64,000 nt of DNA from Phyllosticta citribraziliensis (GCF_038025025.1 NW_027117344.1:62001-126000); one strand, 5' to 3'. Shown: positions 22,356-35,720, counted from the stretch's first letter. Numbers and translations are program-made. The notes: generated by a model not told the origin, from the sequence alone.

Positions 22356-24018
22356 ATGGCCCACCACTTTGATCTAGAGTACGACTCACCAGGCCCAGGC
22401 TTTGGCGCCCGCCATGTCGCCCCAGGCCGCTTTCGAAACGCCCCTCGCAACGACTTTCTCTCCCCAAACGTCCGGCACGAGTACCACGTTTCTACCGGAG
22501 GGGGTATACGCCGCAGCCGCAGCACCGGCACCAGACCAGTCCCAAACATCCAAATCTTCAACCACCTCGAGCAGGATGCGCACCCGCGCTTCGACGCCAC
22601 GGCCAACGCTCGCGCCTCGCCGCCCCGCACTCCCCGTGGTCGCGTCATGGAGGACGAGTGGGCCGAACACGCCCATCGCAGTCCTAGCAGAGGCCGCCTA
22701 TTCCACGACCACCTCCATCATCACGACCACTTTCGATTCGGCGAGTCGCCCGAGAATCGCGCAACCCAGGTCGCTCTTCAAGACCAGCGCATCCGCGACC
22801 TCGAAGAAAGGCTGCGGCGTGAGAATGAAGAAGAGCTTCTCCGGATGAAGTACGACAACGAGCTCTTGCGCGATAAGCGGGAGCGCGAGGAAGAGGACGA
22901 GCTCATTAGGAGACGCATCGAACTCCAGATGCTCAAGGACAAGGTCAAGCGGGAAGAGGAAGAGTCGCGAATCCGTCACGAGGAAGAAAGACTGAAAGAC
23001 AAGTACGAGAGGCAACGTTGCGAGGCGGATCGCAAGCGTCAGGAGCACGAACGTGAGCTTAAGCAAATCAAGGAGGACGCAATCCGAAAGGAAAAGGAGC
23101 GCATCGAAAAGGAGGACGCGGCGCAAAAGGCGGCGGCCGAAGAGTGGGAGCGCCGCAAAGACGCAGCCAAGAAGAAGGAGGACGAGAAGAGGGCCAGGGC
23201 ACTGCTGGAGTGGCAGATGGAGGAAAAGAAGAAGCAAGAGGCAGCCGCCGAGGCTGCAAAGAAGGCTGCCGAGGAAAAGAAGCGCCTGATTGAAGACCAC
23301 GAGCGACAAGTCGCCCTTCAGGCCAAGGAAGAGGCCGAAAAGAAGCAGCGCATCATCGACCAGTGGCACAAGGACAAGAAGGAAGCGGCAGAAAAGGCCA
23401 AGGCAGCTGAAGAGGCACTCAAAGCCAAAATGGCCAAGGATGCGGCAGAGGCAGCAGAAAAAGCCAAGAAGGAGGAGGAAGAGTACGAACGCAAGCGGCT
23501 GGCCAAGATTGAAAAGGAGAAGAAGGAGAAGCAGGAAGCAGACGAGAAGTTTGAAAAGGAGATGCACGAGCGTCTGCACAAGCTGGGCCTTTCCGAAGAC
23601 CAGATCCAGCACATGATCAAGGGAGAAAAGGCCAAAAACACGCACCTGACGATTGTCCCCGCACACAGGAACGGGGTGCCGACGTACATCAAGATTCACA
23701 AGAACCACATCGAGGTGGCGACGTTGACGTACTTTGGGCTGCCGTGGGAGTGGGATAGGGTGAGTCTCCTGTTTTCTCGAACAAGACGTCTGCTAACCTT
23801 TCCAGTCCGACAACGACTACATCATCATCCTCAAGGAAATGGACCACCGCGAGACGGAGGTGCTGTTTGAGCACACCAAGGCGCTGCGGCGCCGCACGAC
23901 GCTCACCATCGAGGAGCGGCCGCGGGCGTCGGGCAAGCCGGAGCTGATGTGGGTGAGGCGGCGCGGGCGCAGCAAGAGCGCCGTCCGCAACATTCACATC
24001 AAGGACACGTGGTTTTAG
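22356..24018 (+). CDS. Hypothetical charged coiled-coil protein with a fungal conserved C-terminal motif; intron ~23760-23806
   Basis: Long E/K/R-rich helix; C-terminal YIKIHKNHIEVATLTYFGLPWEWDR|SDNDYIIILKEM..LFEHTKALR after splicing. Confidence 0.75.
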
Positions 24019-24477
24019 AGTGATGGTTTGGAGCTGGATGGTGTTCTTCTTCTCTTCATTCGTGGGGATGGAACTTGGGTAGACTGACACTAGGGGTTCT
24101 AATGGCGTTGATGTGGTTTTGATTTTCTTACTATACCACTGTTGAATCAGAATGTTCTGACTGGAATACTTGTGGCTGCTCCATAAGCGACATGCATGTC
24201 TTGGTTCCGTTACTGATTGCATGTGTCTGGATTGGGGACGATGGCCCGCGGGAGTGGGTGGACCTGAGGGATTGATTGACGGGCGCGCACGGACGGGGCC
24301 CGAACATGACGCAGACGACTGCGGGCGGCCGGGCTTATCCGACGTCAACTGGTTGGCCCGCGACGCCCAAACACCAAACATTCTTCTACCGCTTCGCTCT
24401 CTGCCCGCCATGTCAGCTTAAACCTCTCGCCCACCTTCATTTCCTTATTTCTGCTCCCAATTGATGCCAGAACGGTC

Positions 24478-25701
24478 ATGTCCGATGGCAGCCGCTCGCG
24501 CTCGTCGTCTTCCTGTAAGTCGATTCCGCCCGTACATGAAGAGAGAAAAAAAGAAAAAAGCCCACATGTACCTACATAGCTTCAGTCCCGCTGCACGAGC
24601 ACCGACCGCATTTCCCCACTCCCCCATACATACACATCGCTCGACTAACACCACATCTCCGCAGTCCACTTCCTCGCAGGTCTGACGTCGGGCCTCACGT
24701 CGGCCATCCTGCTCCAGCCCGCCGACCTGCTCAAAACGCGCGTGCAGCAGTCGCGCGCCACGACGCTGCGCTCGACGCTGCGCGCCATCGCCGCCGGCCC
24801 GCATCCCATCCGCTCGCTCTGGCGCGGCACGGTGCCGTCGGCGCTGCGGACGGGCTTCGGCTCCGCGCTGTACTTCACGACGCTGAATGCGCTGCGGACG
24901 CGCGTGGCGGCGGCCGCGGCGGCGGGCAGGCTGCAGAACAGCGTCGCCAACACCACGGTCAAGAATGGCGGCACGCGGCCAAACGGCGGGGGCGGCGGTG
25001 GGAGCAGCTCGTCCTCGTCCTCATCCTCCCTCCCCAGGCTCAGCGCAACAGCCAACCTGCTGACCGGCGCCCTCGCCCGCGCCGGCGCCGGCTTCGTCAT
25101 GATGCCCATCACGGTGCTCAAGGTGCGGTTCGAGAGCAGCCTGTACGCGTACACTTCGCTCGCGTCGGCGGGGCTGGACATTGCGCGGCGCGAAGGGCTG
25201 CGCGGCTTCTTTGCCGGCTTTGGCGCCACGGCGGTGCGCGACGCGCCGTATGCCGGGCTGTACGTCCTGTTCTATGAGGAGTGCAAGCGGCGGCTGGGCG
25301 CGTTTGCTGCGCCCTCATCTTCTCCACCATCGAGTCCTTCGAACACGGACGCCGCCGCCCCCTCCCCCTCACCGACGCCCCTGCCCATCCCCGCCTCCAC
25401 GGCCGCCTCCGTCCACTTCGTCTCCGCCATCCTGGCCGCCGGCCTCGGCACCGCGCTCACCAACCCGTTCGACGCCATCAAGACGCGGCTGCAGCTGCTG
25501 CCGGCGCGCTACAAGCACATGGGGCAGGCGGCGCGGCTGATGCTGCGCGAGGAGGGCGTGCGCAGCCTGTTCGACGGGCTGGCGCTGCGCATGGCGCGCA
25601 AGGCCGTCAGCAGCGCGCTGGCGTGGACGCTGTATGAGGAGTTTGTTCGGCGCGCGGAGAGGGCGTGGAGGGTTGCTGAGGGGGAGAGGGAGGGGTTGTA
25701 G
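24478..25701 (+). CDS. HEM25: Mitochondrial carrier, glycine transporter Hem25/SLC25A38-like; intron ~24515-24664
   Basis: [22 protein letters not shown]; three PxD/T-xxK-xR carrier signatures ([24 protein letters not shown]); [19 protein letters not shown]. Confidence 0.88.
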
Positions 25702-26112
25702 GAGGGGCGGTTTCTGTGGGATGGGATGGGATGGGATGGGCGGACGGATTGCTATGGCGCTGGATGGACGGCGTTGGTGGGCTCTTCTCTTTCCTCAAAA
25801 ATAGCTGGACGGCGTCTGAGAGCAGAACGCGAGGCATAGAGACGTATACCACTCAGAAATACATGTACATCATTCACTCTTTCGGGATTGGCATTCAAGC
25901 TGCGTGCGAAGGATGATTGATTGACCCGTGATGGAGACGATGCGGGAGAGGGAAGGAAAGTCTATGTATGGATGCATGGAGGGTGGGTATACGTGGGACG
26001 ACCTATGAACCAAGAAGAAGAAGAGGAAGAAGAAGAGGAAGAAGAAAGAGCAAGAGATGCAGAGAGCAGAGAGGCGCACCATAGCTCAAGACGACCAGAG
26101 CCAGAAGCCAGC

Positions 26113-27642
26113 CTACTTCTCATCCCGCCTTCTCGTCCTCGTCTTCTTCCCCTGCACGACGCCCTCCTCCTCCTCCTCCTCCTTTCCCTTGACCAAATCC
26201 TCCGTAAGGCCCCACTCCTCCTTGTCAACCCAATCCTCGCCGTCGCTCATCTCGCCGACGTGCCCTTCCGCCCTGGTCCACTTGAGGACGAGCCGGCGCT
26301 TGCGGTCCGCCTCCATGAGCCCCGTGTACAGCGCGCGCGTCTGCCGCACCACCTCCTCCTGCTTCTGGATGTACATGAGCAGCCAGTTGCGCGTCTCGTC
26401 GGCGTCCTGCGCCGGCAGCCCCATGTCGCGGTCGACGAGGTTGTCGAAGGGGAATTGGAAGAGCGGGTGGATGAAGGGCGCTGACGAGGCGGCCGAGGGC
26501 GAGTGCAGCCGCGGCGAGTTGGGCGAGGACGAGGTTGAGTTGGCCTGCGCCCGTGCCCGTGTCGTCATGCGCCGCAGCAGCGTGTTTTGGCTGGCTGTTT
26601 CGTCGCCGTCTTCCGAGTGCGGTGCGCCGTTGGCTCGCTCTGCTGCGTCGACCTCCATCGTGTCTTGCTCTGCCGGTTTCGACGCTTCTCCGTTCGTCGC
26701 TGCGTCTTCGTCTACGGTCCCGGCGTCTGGCAGCTCTTCTGCTGGCTCGCCAGCTTCAGTCCCGTTTGGATGAGTGCCATTTGGTCGCGTCGAGTCGCCC
26801 ATTTGTACGTCCTCTGCAACCTTTGCGTCATGGTCTGTCCGCGCGGTCCCCGGGAGTGCGCCTGTCGAATTGTCGTCTGGTATTTGCAGCTCCTCCCAGT
26901 TGCCGTCGAACGACCCCGACGCTGACGCTGGTCCATTCACAATCTCCCGATCGTAGGAAGTCTCCATTGCCCCCACCGGCAGCCATGCATCGTCGCCTAG
27001 CAGCTTTTGAAAGATCGACTTGGTCTTCCAGAGGCTCTCTTGTTCCCTTTGTAGTACGTCTCTCGCGTTGCGGGCTAGCTCGGTAATGTGTGTAGAGTAG
27101 TAGGGTATCGACATGGACGGGTGGGTGGAGAGGTCGGCGGCCGAATTCAAAGGCGCGAGGAGTTCTGGTCCGTTAGCTTCGCCGTGGTGGTGGTGTGCGA
27201 ACATACCTTCGAGCCGAATGTCTCCATACGGATTCTCGTCAGCCAGAGAGCCGTCGATCGAATCATCGTCGTCGAGGTCCGGTTCAATTTCGTCGCCGTC
27301 CTCGTCAATGAGAGGGGGATTCCGGCTGATGATGTGCCGCTCATACCCAGCATGTTCAATCTTGGCCTGGTGCTTTTAGCTGCCGCCCAGCTGGTGCATC
27401 GTGGAATCCCACCTTTTTGTAGACGGATCGCCCGTTGTCGAGGATCGAGTGTGGGAGCGGGGCCTTGCGCTTCAGCTTGTGCTGGATGGAGCGAGCGATT
27501 TCGGCGGGTGAGTCGTCCTCGTCGGAAGCTGCGCGTGTGAGCTGGCTGAAAGCGACAAGAGGACGGACTGACCTTCATATCGCGCCAGGACCTTCTTCAT
27601 GCCGGTAATGGTCTCGGCGAAGAGGAGTTGCTGTCCTGCCAT
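26113..27642 (-). CDS. RXT2: Rxt2-like Rpd3L histone deacetylase complex subunit; at least one 5' intron
   Basis: N-terminus MAGQQLLFAETITGMKK; ELLAPLNSAADLSTHPSMS; C-terminal AEGHVGEMSDGEDWVDKEEWGL..LVKG recalled as typical of fungal Rxt2. Confidence 0.75.
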
Positions 27643-28074
27643 GGTCGATCCGGCGAGCAGGGAGACGGTAGGAGAGAAGCTCAGAAGGGCGGTAGGTGAG
27701 GACTGGAACGAACGCGACAGACGTGATGCGCGTGGAGAAGTTGAAGAGAGTCTTGGTGCGGAGGGAGCGAAAGCGCTGGACAGGGTTCCGTCTGTCCCAT
27801 TCACCTGGGCGACGTCAACGTCGGCCAAAGAATTAGCGGCCGCCGACCGGCCCGAAAGTGCGCCAACACCGGCGTCCGAGGGGCCACGACTTAAGCTTCC
27901 GGTCACTGTCTAGACTGCCGTCGACGCATGAGCTCAACAGCTGTCCACCTCACCTGCATCCTCACCTCGCACCAGAACCGCCTCCCCGACCTCCCGAAGT
28001 CATGCTCTAGCAAGCCCCTCGTGAGCGCTCGCTTTGCTCCCTTCCACCCCCATGGCCTGCCGTTGATCAACACC

Positions 28075-31000
28075 ATGGACGCCTATCCTCTCCCATATGT
28101 CGAGCATAACCTGCCCTTCGTCGTCTTGTCGGGTTTGGGCTCCGACACGCTGATCAATTCGTCCTACGAGCCCCACCCTCTTCTCAGAGACCGCGGAATC
28201 GAAATCGACTCGGCCGTACCAGTCGTCTCGGGCGATCGCGCCCTCCAATTGCGCCAGGAGTTCCTCAACGCCGACGGAAGAGATGCTCCGTGGAATAGTT
28301 TGCCCAGGAATAGAGGGGATGTCAAGGGCTTTCGGGTCAAGGCTGTTGGGAGGGTAGGTCAGGCAGGCCTGTCTTGATGTAATCCACAGGTAGACTCATG
28401 CAGCCGTAGGGATATGTTTTACCTCCTCGCAAAGCTCAGCCGCCCCAAATATCACCAGATGAGACTCCGCCAGGCACCCCTCAATTTGGAAATGGCCACA
28501 AATGGGTCCTGCATTCGCCCATTTCTCCCCTCTCGCCCGGATCGCCCACCTTTCCAGACGGTGTCATGACGCCACTGTGGATCGCAAAGCACCAATACCA
28601 CATCCCCGCCGCCTTCATTTCCTTCTTCACTCTTACATCCGAAGATGGCAGAGATAGCCTCAACGACAACCAGCTCAAAGCTGAAATCAACCGCATCAAA
28701 AGCCTCTTCCTCAACTCTGGCTACAAGACACATTATGCCGTGGTCCTTTTGAGTGACAAGACCATTTTCGAATCGCCAGAGATTGAGGACCGACTGGCCA
28801 ACATTCGTAGAACGACCGGATTGGACCCCAGGCACTCGCTCTTCTTTCTTCCCGCCAGCTCCACCAGAGCCGAGCTTGCGTCGTTTGTCCACCAAGTCTT
28901 GACGACGATCCAACCAATATGCGTAGAACACTACCGTGACTTGTCAAAACATGCAAGACGCAAGAAGAATAGAAGCAATATCCCTCCTCCAACTGCACCA
29001 CCAACGCGCGGTCCAATCCACACGCTTGCAGCTCCTGGCTGGAACGTGCGCTACGACTTTAAATTAGGCGTCTTTTCCGAGTTTCGACAGGAAATGGAGG
29101 CAGCGTGTAGGCATTACAGTCTCGCCCTTGATGGTTTGCTAGAAGGAGACGGAGTCTTTGAGACCACGGCAAGCTGGTCGCCTCGATGGGATGAGACACG
29201 CTTGCTTGCTGACGCCATCGCAATCCGCATAGTCAGATGCTCCATGTGGAACAATAACCCGACTTCTGCCGTTCAATCGTGGCAAAACTACAAGGACAGG
29301 ATGCGAGATTTGCTCGACAGGCGCGGCAAAGGATCTGCAAACTATGGCTGGCAGGCCTGGGAGAGCAGGTGGGCCGTCATCATGGCAGAAATCATCCAGC
29401 GCGTTCAGCCTCCGATTTTCCAAATTGTCGAGAACAACGCTGAAAGATACCCCCTCTTTTCACCTCCGGAGAAACAGTTTCCAGTCGGCGAGAGGCTTGC
29501 ACCTTGGCATCTCGTACACCATCCGGGATACTGGTACAAGGTTGCCGCAGAACGTGCCGTTGCTCGGAGGGTGCTTGCTGAAGACTTGCCAGAGGAAGAC
29601 AGAATGCCTCCAGGAATGTCTCCTGCAACAAAAGTGGCGAATCGTTATGGCACGTACGACACATATCTAGTACCGGAGCCGCATGTGGAATTCCCGCACC
29701 CGGCTCACGGAGGTCAAGGCTACGACCACGCGGCCGACGTCGTCGACCTCTTCAACAAGGCCATTGGCGAGTTCCACGCGCGAGGCCAACAACGTACTTG
29801 TGACAAGCTCCAGTTGGAAATTGGAAAAGAGCTTCTGCACGCTGGCAGACACAGCGAAGCCATGGGCTCTCTCAAGCCCTTGTGGGAGGGCACGTGTTGG
29901 CGCGATGAGAGATGGTGGCCTCTTGTTTCTGAAGTGACGTGGGCGCTCAACACTTGCTCCAAGCACTGCGGCGAGGAAGAAACATTTTTGGCAACTGAGT
30001 GGGAATTGCACAGCAAACGTAAGTGGGAGCCTTGTTGAGAGGGAAATGCTGACTCTTTAGTGCTTCGTACGAATCCCAAAAAGGTGTATGAGTTCAACAA
30101 TTGCTTGGATACTTTTGCACAGCAAGATGGCCACGTTTTTCCAAAGGTTACCATCGACGCAGGAAAAGTCATGTCGTGTTGTAAGTGAACAATCTCCATG
30201 TCTGAATCTAGCTAACAAGTAAGTATCGACAACCGTCACTTTTGCCGCTGGTGAGGGGCATGTCGCCGAGCCACTGTACACTCAAATTGCAGTGAAATCC
30301 AACGCTCAGCGCGGATCGATGCCCATCACCGTGTCCAGCATCCGCATCGACTTTGTCGGTCCGCTCGGCAGGATAGAGCTTCAACATGAAGCCAAGTCCG
30401 ATACCACAGCAGCCACCGAAGTCAGTCTCACAGAGGTGATTCGGTCTGGCACTGCACCCAGTTTCAAAGGCTGCGCCGACCTTTCCTTTCCTGCCGGCGC
30501 AGTACGGGTCTTTAACTTTCCCATCACTCTCAAAGAAGACGGGGACGTCAATGTGCAGCAGATTTCTTTTGAAATACAAACCGAGCGCTTCACGTTGCAG
30601 TCTGTTTATGAAGGACAGCCTGATATGCCTCCAGCGTGGTGGTACATGGGCAAGAATGGCCTCAAGTCGAAGCGATTGGCAAGAAATCCAGAAGATCCAG
30701 TCCTTCGAGTCCTCCCCAAACCGCCCAAAATGGAGGTCCGGCTCGTCAACTTGCAAAAGCAGTACTACACGAATGAGATTGTGGTATTGGATTTGCAGAT
30801 CAAGAATGACGAAGACGAGGACACGGAAGCGTCGCTGGAGATTCAACTCCTCAACCACACCAAGGAGTATCTCGACTTTGATTGGATCGACAATGAGCAG
30901 GCTGAGACGTCCAGTCTCCCAGGCAAGTCGATTGGGAAAATGGCTCCGGGAAGCAAACAGACGAAAAGCCTCTCTTTCATTGCGCCACCCGATTCGCAAA

Positions 31001-32043
31001 AGTACTCGCTCGAAGTCAAGGTGGTCTACCACGTGCTCAGCGATCCGGATGTGCCAATATCCAAAATCATGGCCGGCGAGCTCGTCTTCATCGACCCATT
31101 CGAAGCCACGTACGACTTTGCGCCCCAAGTGCACCCTGACCCCTGGCCCAGCTTCTTCCGTGTCGACGACGCGCAGAAGCCTGAAGCGCCCAATGCGACG
31201 GCACCGACGCAGGCCTTTGGTCTCGCCTCGCGGTACTTGCTCAAAGCACGAATAGGATCGTACGCTGAGGAGGATCTCGTCATTGCCGACGCTGATCTCG
31301 CTGTCCATTCTGTCCACGGTGGTGCCGTCTGCGCCGTGTCGAAAGTCCCCGTGGTCGATGCCGAAACCGTCATCTCGCCGCAAGCTGTGCATTTACGCAG
31401 TTTTGTCGTCGATGTGCGCAAGGTCAGCCTCGAAGACCGCCGCAGCTCGGCGCTCGAGAGCAGCATCAGCGTTACATGGCGGCGCAAGCGGCCGCTGTCC
31501 GACGTTGCTGGAGACGCGCTGGAGAAGCCCATCACCAGCACGATTGCGCATCCTCGACTGGTCGCGTCGAATGCGGAGCCGCGTGTCCTGGCATCGGCAA
31601 GACCATCGCACACGACGCTCTCTGCTGTTCCCCTGTCCACACCCGCACCGTCGGACGCAGAGACAGGCACGGCACCTCCCAAAACCCCCACGCAAACCCA
31701 ACAACCACCACAGCTCATCCACCTCACGCTCTACCTCGAGAACCCGACCATGCACTTCCTCACCTTCGACGTGTCCATGGACGCATCCGACGACTTTGCC
31801 TTTGCCGGCCCCAAGCTGACGGCCCTCCACGTGCTCCCGCTGTCGCGCTGTGCCGTCAGGTACAACATTCTCCCGCTAGTCAGCGGCAAGTGGGTCGAGA
31901 TGCGGTGTCGCGTGCAGGATCGCTATTTCAACAAGGTGCTGAGGGTTTTGCCGACGGAGGGCATGAGGGCTGTTGGTGGGAAGGAGGGTGGCAAAGAGGG
32001 AGGGGGCGTGGCCGTTTGGGCTGATGTGGTTGAGGGGGAGTAG
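28075..32043 (+). CDS. TRAPP III subunit TRAPPC11 (foie gras/Gryzun domain) homologue; 4 exons
   Basis: MDAYPLPYVEHNLPFVVLSGL; HSPISPLSPGSPTFPDGVMTPLW; YRDLSKHARRKKNR; WNVRYDFKLGVFSEFRQEM; C-terminal LENPTMHFLTF. Confidence 0.85.
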
Positions 32044-32470
32044 AGTGGTGGTGGAGAGAGTTGAGGGTTGTGGACGACGTAGGGTGCTTTACGTTATGAC
32101 AATCGTATGCTATTGCATGATGAATATGGATATGATAGTAAAGACTACGGTGAAGTGAGACTTGAATGCTGCGAGGGCTTGGTGCAGGGTAAGTTGAATG
32201 CTCAGATGAGCCTGAAGGATGATTGCGCTGTGGCGGACACGCAGTGTTCAAAGTATTCAAGCATCTAAGACAACAACACCATGTGTCTGAGAAGTATCAA
32301 GTAGCCATCCAGCGCAACATCTTTTCTCGCCTCCAGACAGTAAAACATCAAAGCCAGCAAGACATCGCGGGCGCAGCCAACACACTGAACGCCAGCACGG
32401 CCGCCTGCCTACCCACCCACCTACATATAATCTCCAAACGCTCACCCTCTCCCAACGAACCACCGTAATC

Positions 32471-32656
32471 GGGCCCGTGGTGCATCTGGCGGGGGCCCGG
32501 GACTCACCAGCACAACCGCTGACGCCCGTATTCTAGACACTTGGGCGGCTTTTAGGCAGGGGGTGCACGAGATACCGGACACGCACTGTCACGATCGCAG
32601 CGTTAGCTCGGCGTTCGATTCGCGTGGTTCGCCCTGGGCCCGGGGCTTTTTTTTTT
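32471..32656 (+). ncRNA. Putative Pol III ncRNA, copy A (non-tRNA)
   Basis: TATAA 32426; A box TGGTGCATCTGG at 32478; B-box hairpin GCG-TTCGATT-CGC (GTTCGATTC 32613-32621); terminal stem GGGCCCG/TGGGCCC; T10 terminator 32647-32656. Confidence 0.7.
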
Positions 32657-32857
32657 GTTTGTCGCTTCTTTTTTTGGAGGTGTGGAGGAGAAATGGTCAA
32701 GAGAAGAGTAATAGCGGCACCGACAACAAATCCAGAGCGGCGGCATGATCACGAGCAGGCAGTGAGCAGGCAGTGAGCAGGAAACCAACTGCGCCCACCT
32801 ACCTACCACCAGACCGTACGATATAACGCGCAACCGCAACCTCATAATCATCAAACA

Positions 32858-33034
32858 GGCCGGTTAGCGCAACGGAACAGGACACAGTCTCAACGTCGTT
32901 GTCACCGACATCCCTAAGAGTAAAACCCCGGGGTGTGTGAGCCAGGGTTGGCGCGCTGCGCGTAGCAGAGCTTGGCCCAGAGTTCGACTCCCGCTTCGGG
33001 TAGCGAATACAGGTGCGGGTGCACGTTTCTTTTT
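32858..33034 (+). ncRNA. Putative Pol III ncRNA B (non-tRNA, not obviously related to A/C)
   Basis: TATAA 32822; A box TAGCGCAACGG 32865-32875; B box GTTCGACTC 32982-32990; T-tracts from 33026. Confidence 0.62.
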
Positions 33035-33306
33035 GCTTTTTGTTTTGGCGGGCGGTGGGAGTTGAGGAGGGAGAGGGAGCGGGCGGTCTTTTTGGTGGCC
33101 GGGAGGGCGCGGCGGCTCTGAGAGTACGCTTTGGGGTATGGCCGTAGCGTTTCGCCTGTACTCTTTTTGCTACTCTTCTGGCACTCCTCCTCGACATCGA
33201 TTTTGACATTGAATATCAGCTGATGTTTTACTCCCGCGGCGTCACCGTCGAGGTGTTGTCTTGTATTGCTAGAACGCCAGTCACTGCGCAACGAACCACT
33301 GGAATT

Positions 33307-33493
33307 GGGCCTGTGGTGTAACTGGTCGAGGGGACTGGGCCGCCCTTTCACTGACGTCTAGAAATCACAATGAAGGCGGCTTTTAGGTGACTGGGCGGGA
33401 CAAACCTCCGAGGGAGCAGCACGAGTTCGGTTCCAGCGGTTCGCCCAGGGCCCGGGGCGTCTTTTCACGATGGGCTGTACTTGTGGCTTTTTT
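33307..33493 (+). ncRNA. Putative Pol III ncRNA, copy C (paralogue of copy A)
   Basis: GGGCCTG-TGGTGTAACTGG start; GGCGGCTTTTAGG 33375-33387; GTTCGGTTC 33425-33433; GGTTCGCCCAGGGCCCGGGGC 33438-33458; T4 at 33462 and T6 at ~33488. Confidence 0.68.
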
Positions 33494-33582
33494 CCTCGAT
33501 GGGAAGGTTGTAAGTGGAGTTGAGATGCTGCATGGCACTGCAGTGATTGAGGTAGACGTGCTTGACGATTGACTACCACTAT

Positions 33583-35378
33583 CTACAGCCTTTCTAGAAT
33601 GCTACGCACAACCTCACCGACCTTGTCTGCCTCGACGTCTTGGAATATGTCTAACCGTCGACACCGCACCTCTGCTTTGCGGTCTTGCTGCCATTTTGTG
33701 CCCAACACGACAATCACGCCCGGGCCCATGAGCTCTGCGTCCTTGAGCTTCCATCCCAATCCTCTGTCCTTGCGGTCGTCAACAACGACATCCAAGTCCT
33801 GCAGTGCGCCCGCAGCTGCCCACTCAACATCAGCGGCGTCAATCTTGTCTGACGACGGCACGACGAGCACCTCCCACGGCGCAATGGCGCGCGGCCAGTT
33901 GAGCCCGCGTTCGTCGCGCAGCAAGCCCGCGGCGGCGCTCAAGAGTCGACTCACGCCGATGCCGTGGCAGCCCATCTGCACGGGACGGCTGACGGCGCGG
34001 CGGTCGCTCTCGCCCGGCAGCGGCGGACTGCTGGTCACCAAACCCAGCGGCGCGCTGTATCGCGTGCCCAGGTAAAACGTGTGGCCGATTTCGATGGCAC
34101 GGTTGGCGGTCAAGGAGCCCGAAGGAGCATTGCATGACGGACAAGGAGTTGAAAGCTCCACGGCGAAGAGAGACTGCGAGGCCGGCGCCACGTGGGTTGT
34201 GATGATCTCCTTGTCGTGTGCCGGCGGCGGCAACGTTACCGTACCCGCCTCGACGTGCCGCGCGACATTGGCGTCGAGGATGCGAATGACCTTTTTGTCC
34301 TTGTGGTCGCTGACGTGGGAGTCGGGGACGGCGGTAAAAGCGGTGTCGAGGTCTGAGTAGATTTTCTTGACGGCGTGAATGTTGATTTGGGCTTCAGCCG
34401 CATTGTTGACCGCGTCCACCATGGCAAAGACTTCAACGTACTTCCACCGGTCCTTGCTGAGGCCGCGCCAGCTTTGGATGAGGCCGGGAGTCTCTAGCTC
34501 CGACGCCCGCGGCGTCGCTACCTCTTCATTGGCCACGTACGAGCAGCTGTTGCACGTAAAGATGGTGTCCTCGCCGTTGGGCGAGACGAAGTGGTATTCG
34601 TGACTCAAGTCGCCTCCGATGGCACCAGAGTCTGCCTGGGCGACGAGATACGGAATCTTGAGCTCGGCGAAGAAGTTGGCGTACGCCTCGCGGACTTGCT
34701 CGTACGTCTCCATGGCTTCACTTTGCAGGTGGTCGAACGTGTACAGGTCCTTCATCAGAAACTCCTTTGCGCGCAGGAGACCTTGGCGTGGTCTCATTTC
34801 ATCACGGTACTTGCGTGAGATTTGGTACAGACGAAGCGGCAGCGATTTGTAGCTGACCAGCAGGCTCTTGACCAGAGACGTGATTTCTTCTTCGTGCGTG
34901 GGACATAGGAGCAGCTTGTTCCCTTTGCGATCGCGAAGTTTTAACAGCTGGGTTCCTTGAAGTCGGTTCGTCTTTTTCCATAGCTCTTCGGATGAGATTG
35001 AGGAGAGAGAGACCTTGTTGGCGTCGATGGATGACATGTGTTTGTCGATGAGTTTTTCGAGTTTGGCTTGCACACGCTGTCCCAATGGCAGCATGTGGAA
35101 TACTCCAGAATGAGCCTGTCTGAGGAATCCACCTCGGACGAGGTCTGCGGTCGTGTCATCGATATCCTCTCTCTTTTCTTTTTCTGTTAGGCCGCTAGTG
35201 GGAATCCAGAATTTGCTCAATCGGTCATATTTGTAGGGCTGGATGATCAGCACAAGTATGATTACGGGCGTAAAAGTCTCACAGTTGAAGTAGAAAAAAG
35301 GCGGCTCGAGGAACTGCAGAGCGTTGACGGAGCCGCAGCAGACCGTAGAGAAAATCGCTGGAAAGACGGGACGAGCAT
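33583..35378 (-). CDS. AIM10: Mitochondrial prolyl-tRNA synthetase (bacterial-type ProRS); one 5' intron
   Basis: Spliced presequence MLVPSFQRFSLRSAAAP..RLFSTST|PYKYDRL; PTHEEEIT, KYRDEMRPRQGLLRAKEFLMKDLY, IEIGHTF, MGCHGIGVSR. Confidence 0.9.
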
Positions 35379-35720
35379 GATGAAAGACTTGGGTATATTG
35401 AACGAATGAAATGTTGGACCGCAAACCCTAAGCCATGTCTGTAAGTCCCAACTTCGAGCTCTTGATTCCTCAAGCAGTGACGACTTGTGGTGTGTTTGTA
35501 CGGCCTAGCAATAATCGACTGGCGATGGCTTTCAAAGTAGTTGACACCCGAAGAGGCCCCGACGCTAATCCCGTTTGGAATAATTTGATGTTGCGGAAGA
35601 CGTCGACTCCTCCGCATCACCACCGCATCTCGACCCACCACAAGGTCTGACCTCCTTCACCGCATCCAATCGCCTCTAAAAACCTCCGTCTAACAGCCTC
35701 GTAGGTCTTCCCAACTCACA

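Noticed and set aside
32471..33493. Ordinary tRNAs with long introns, or SRP/U6/RNase P/MRP RNA
   Set aside because: No D-stem or anticodon arm, the B box is not directly followed by the acceptor 3' strand, and I found no diagnostic motifs of those RNAs
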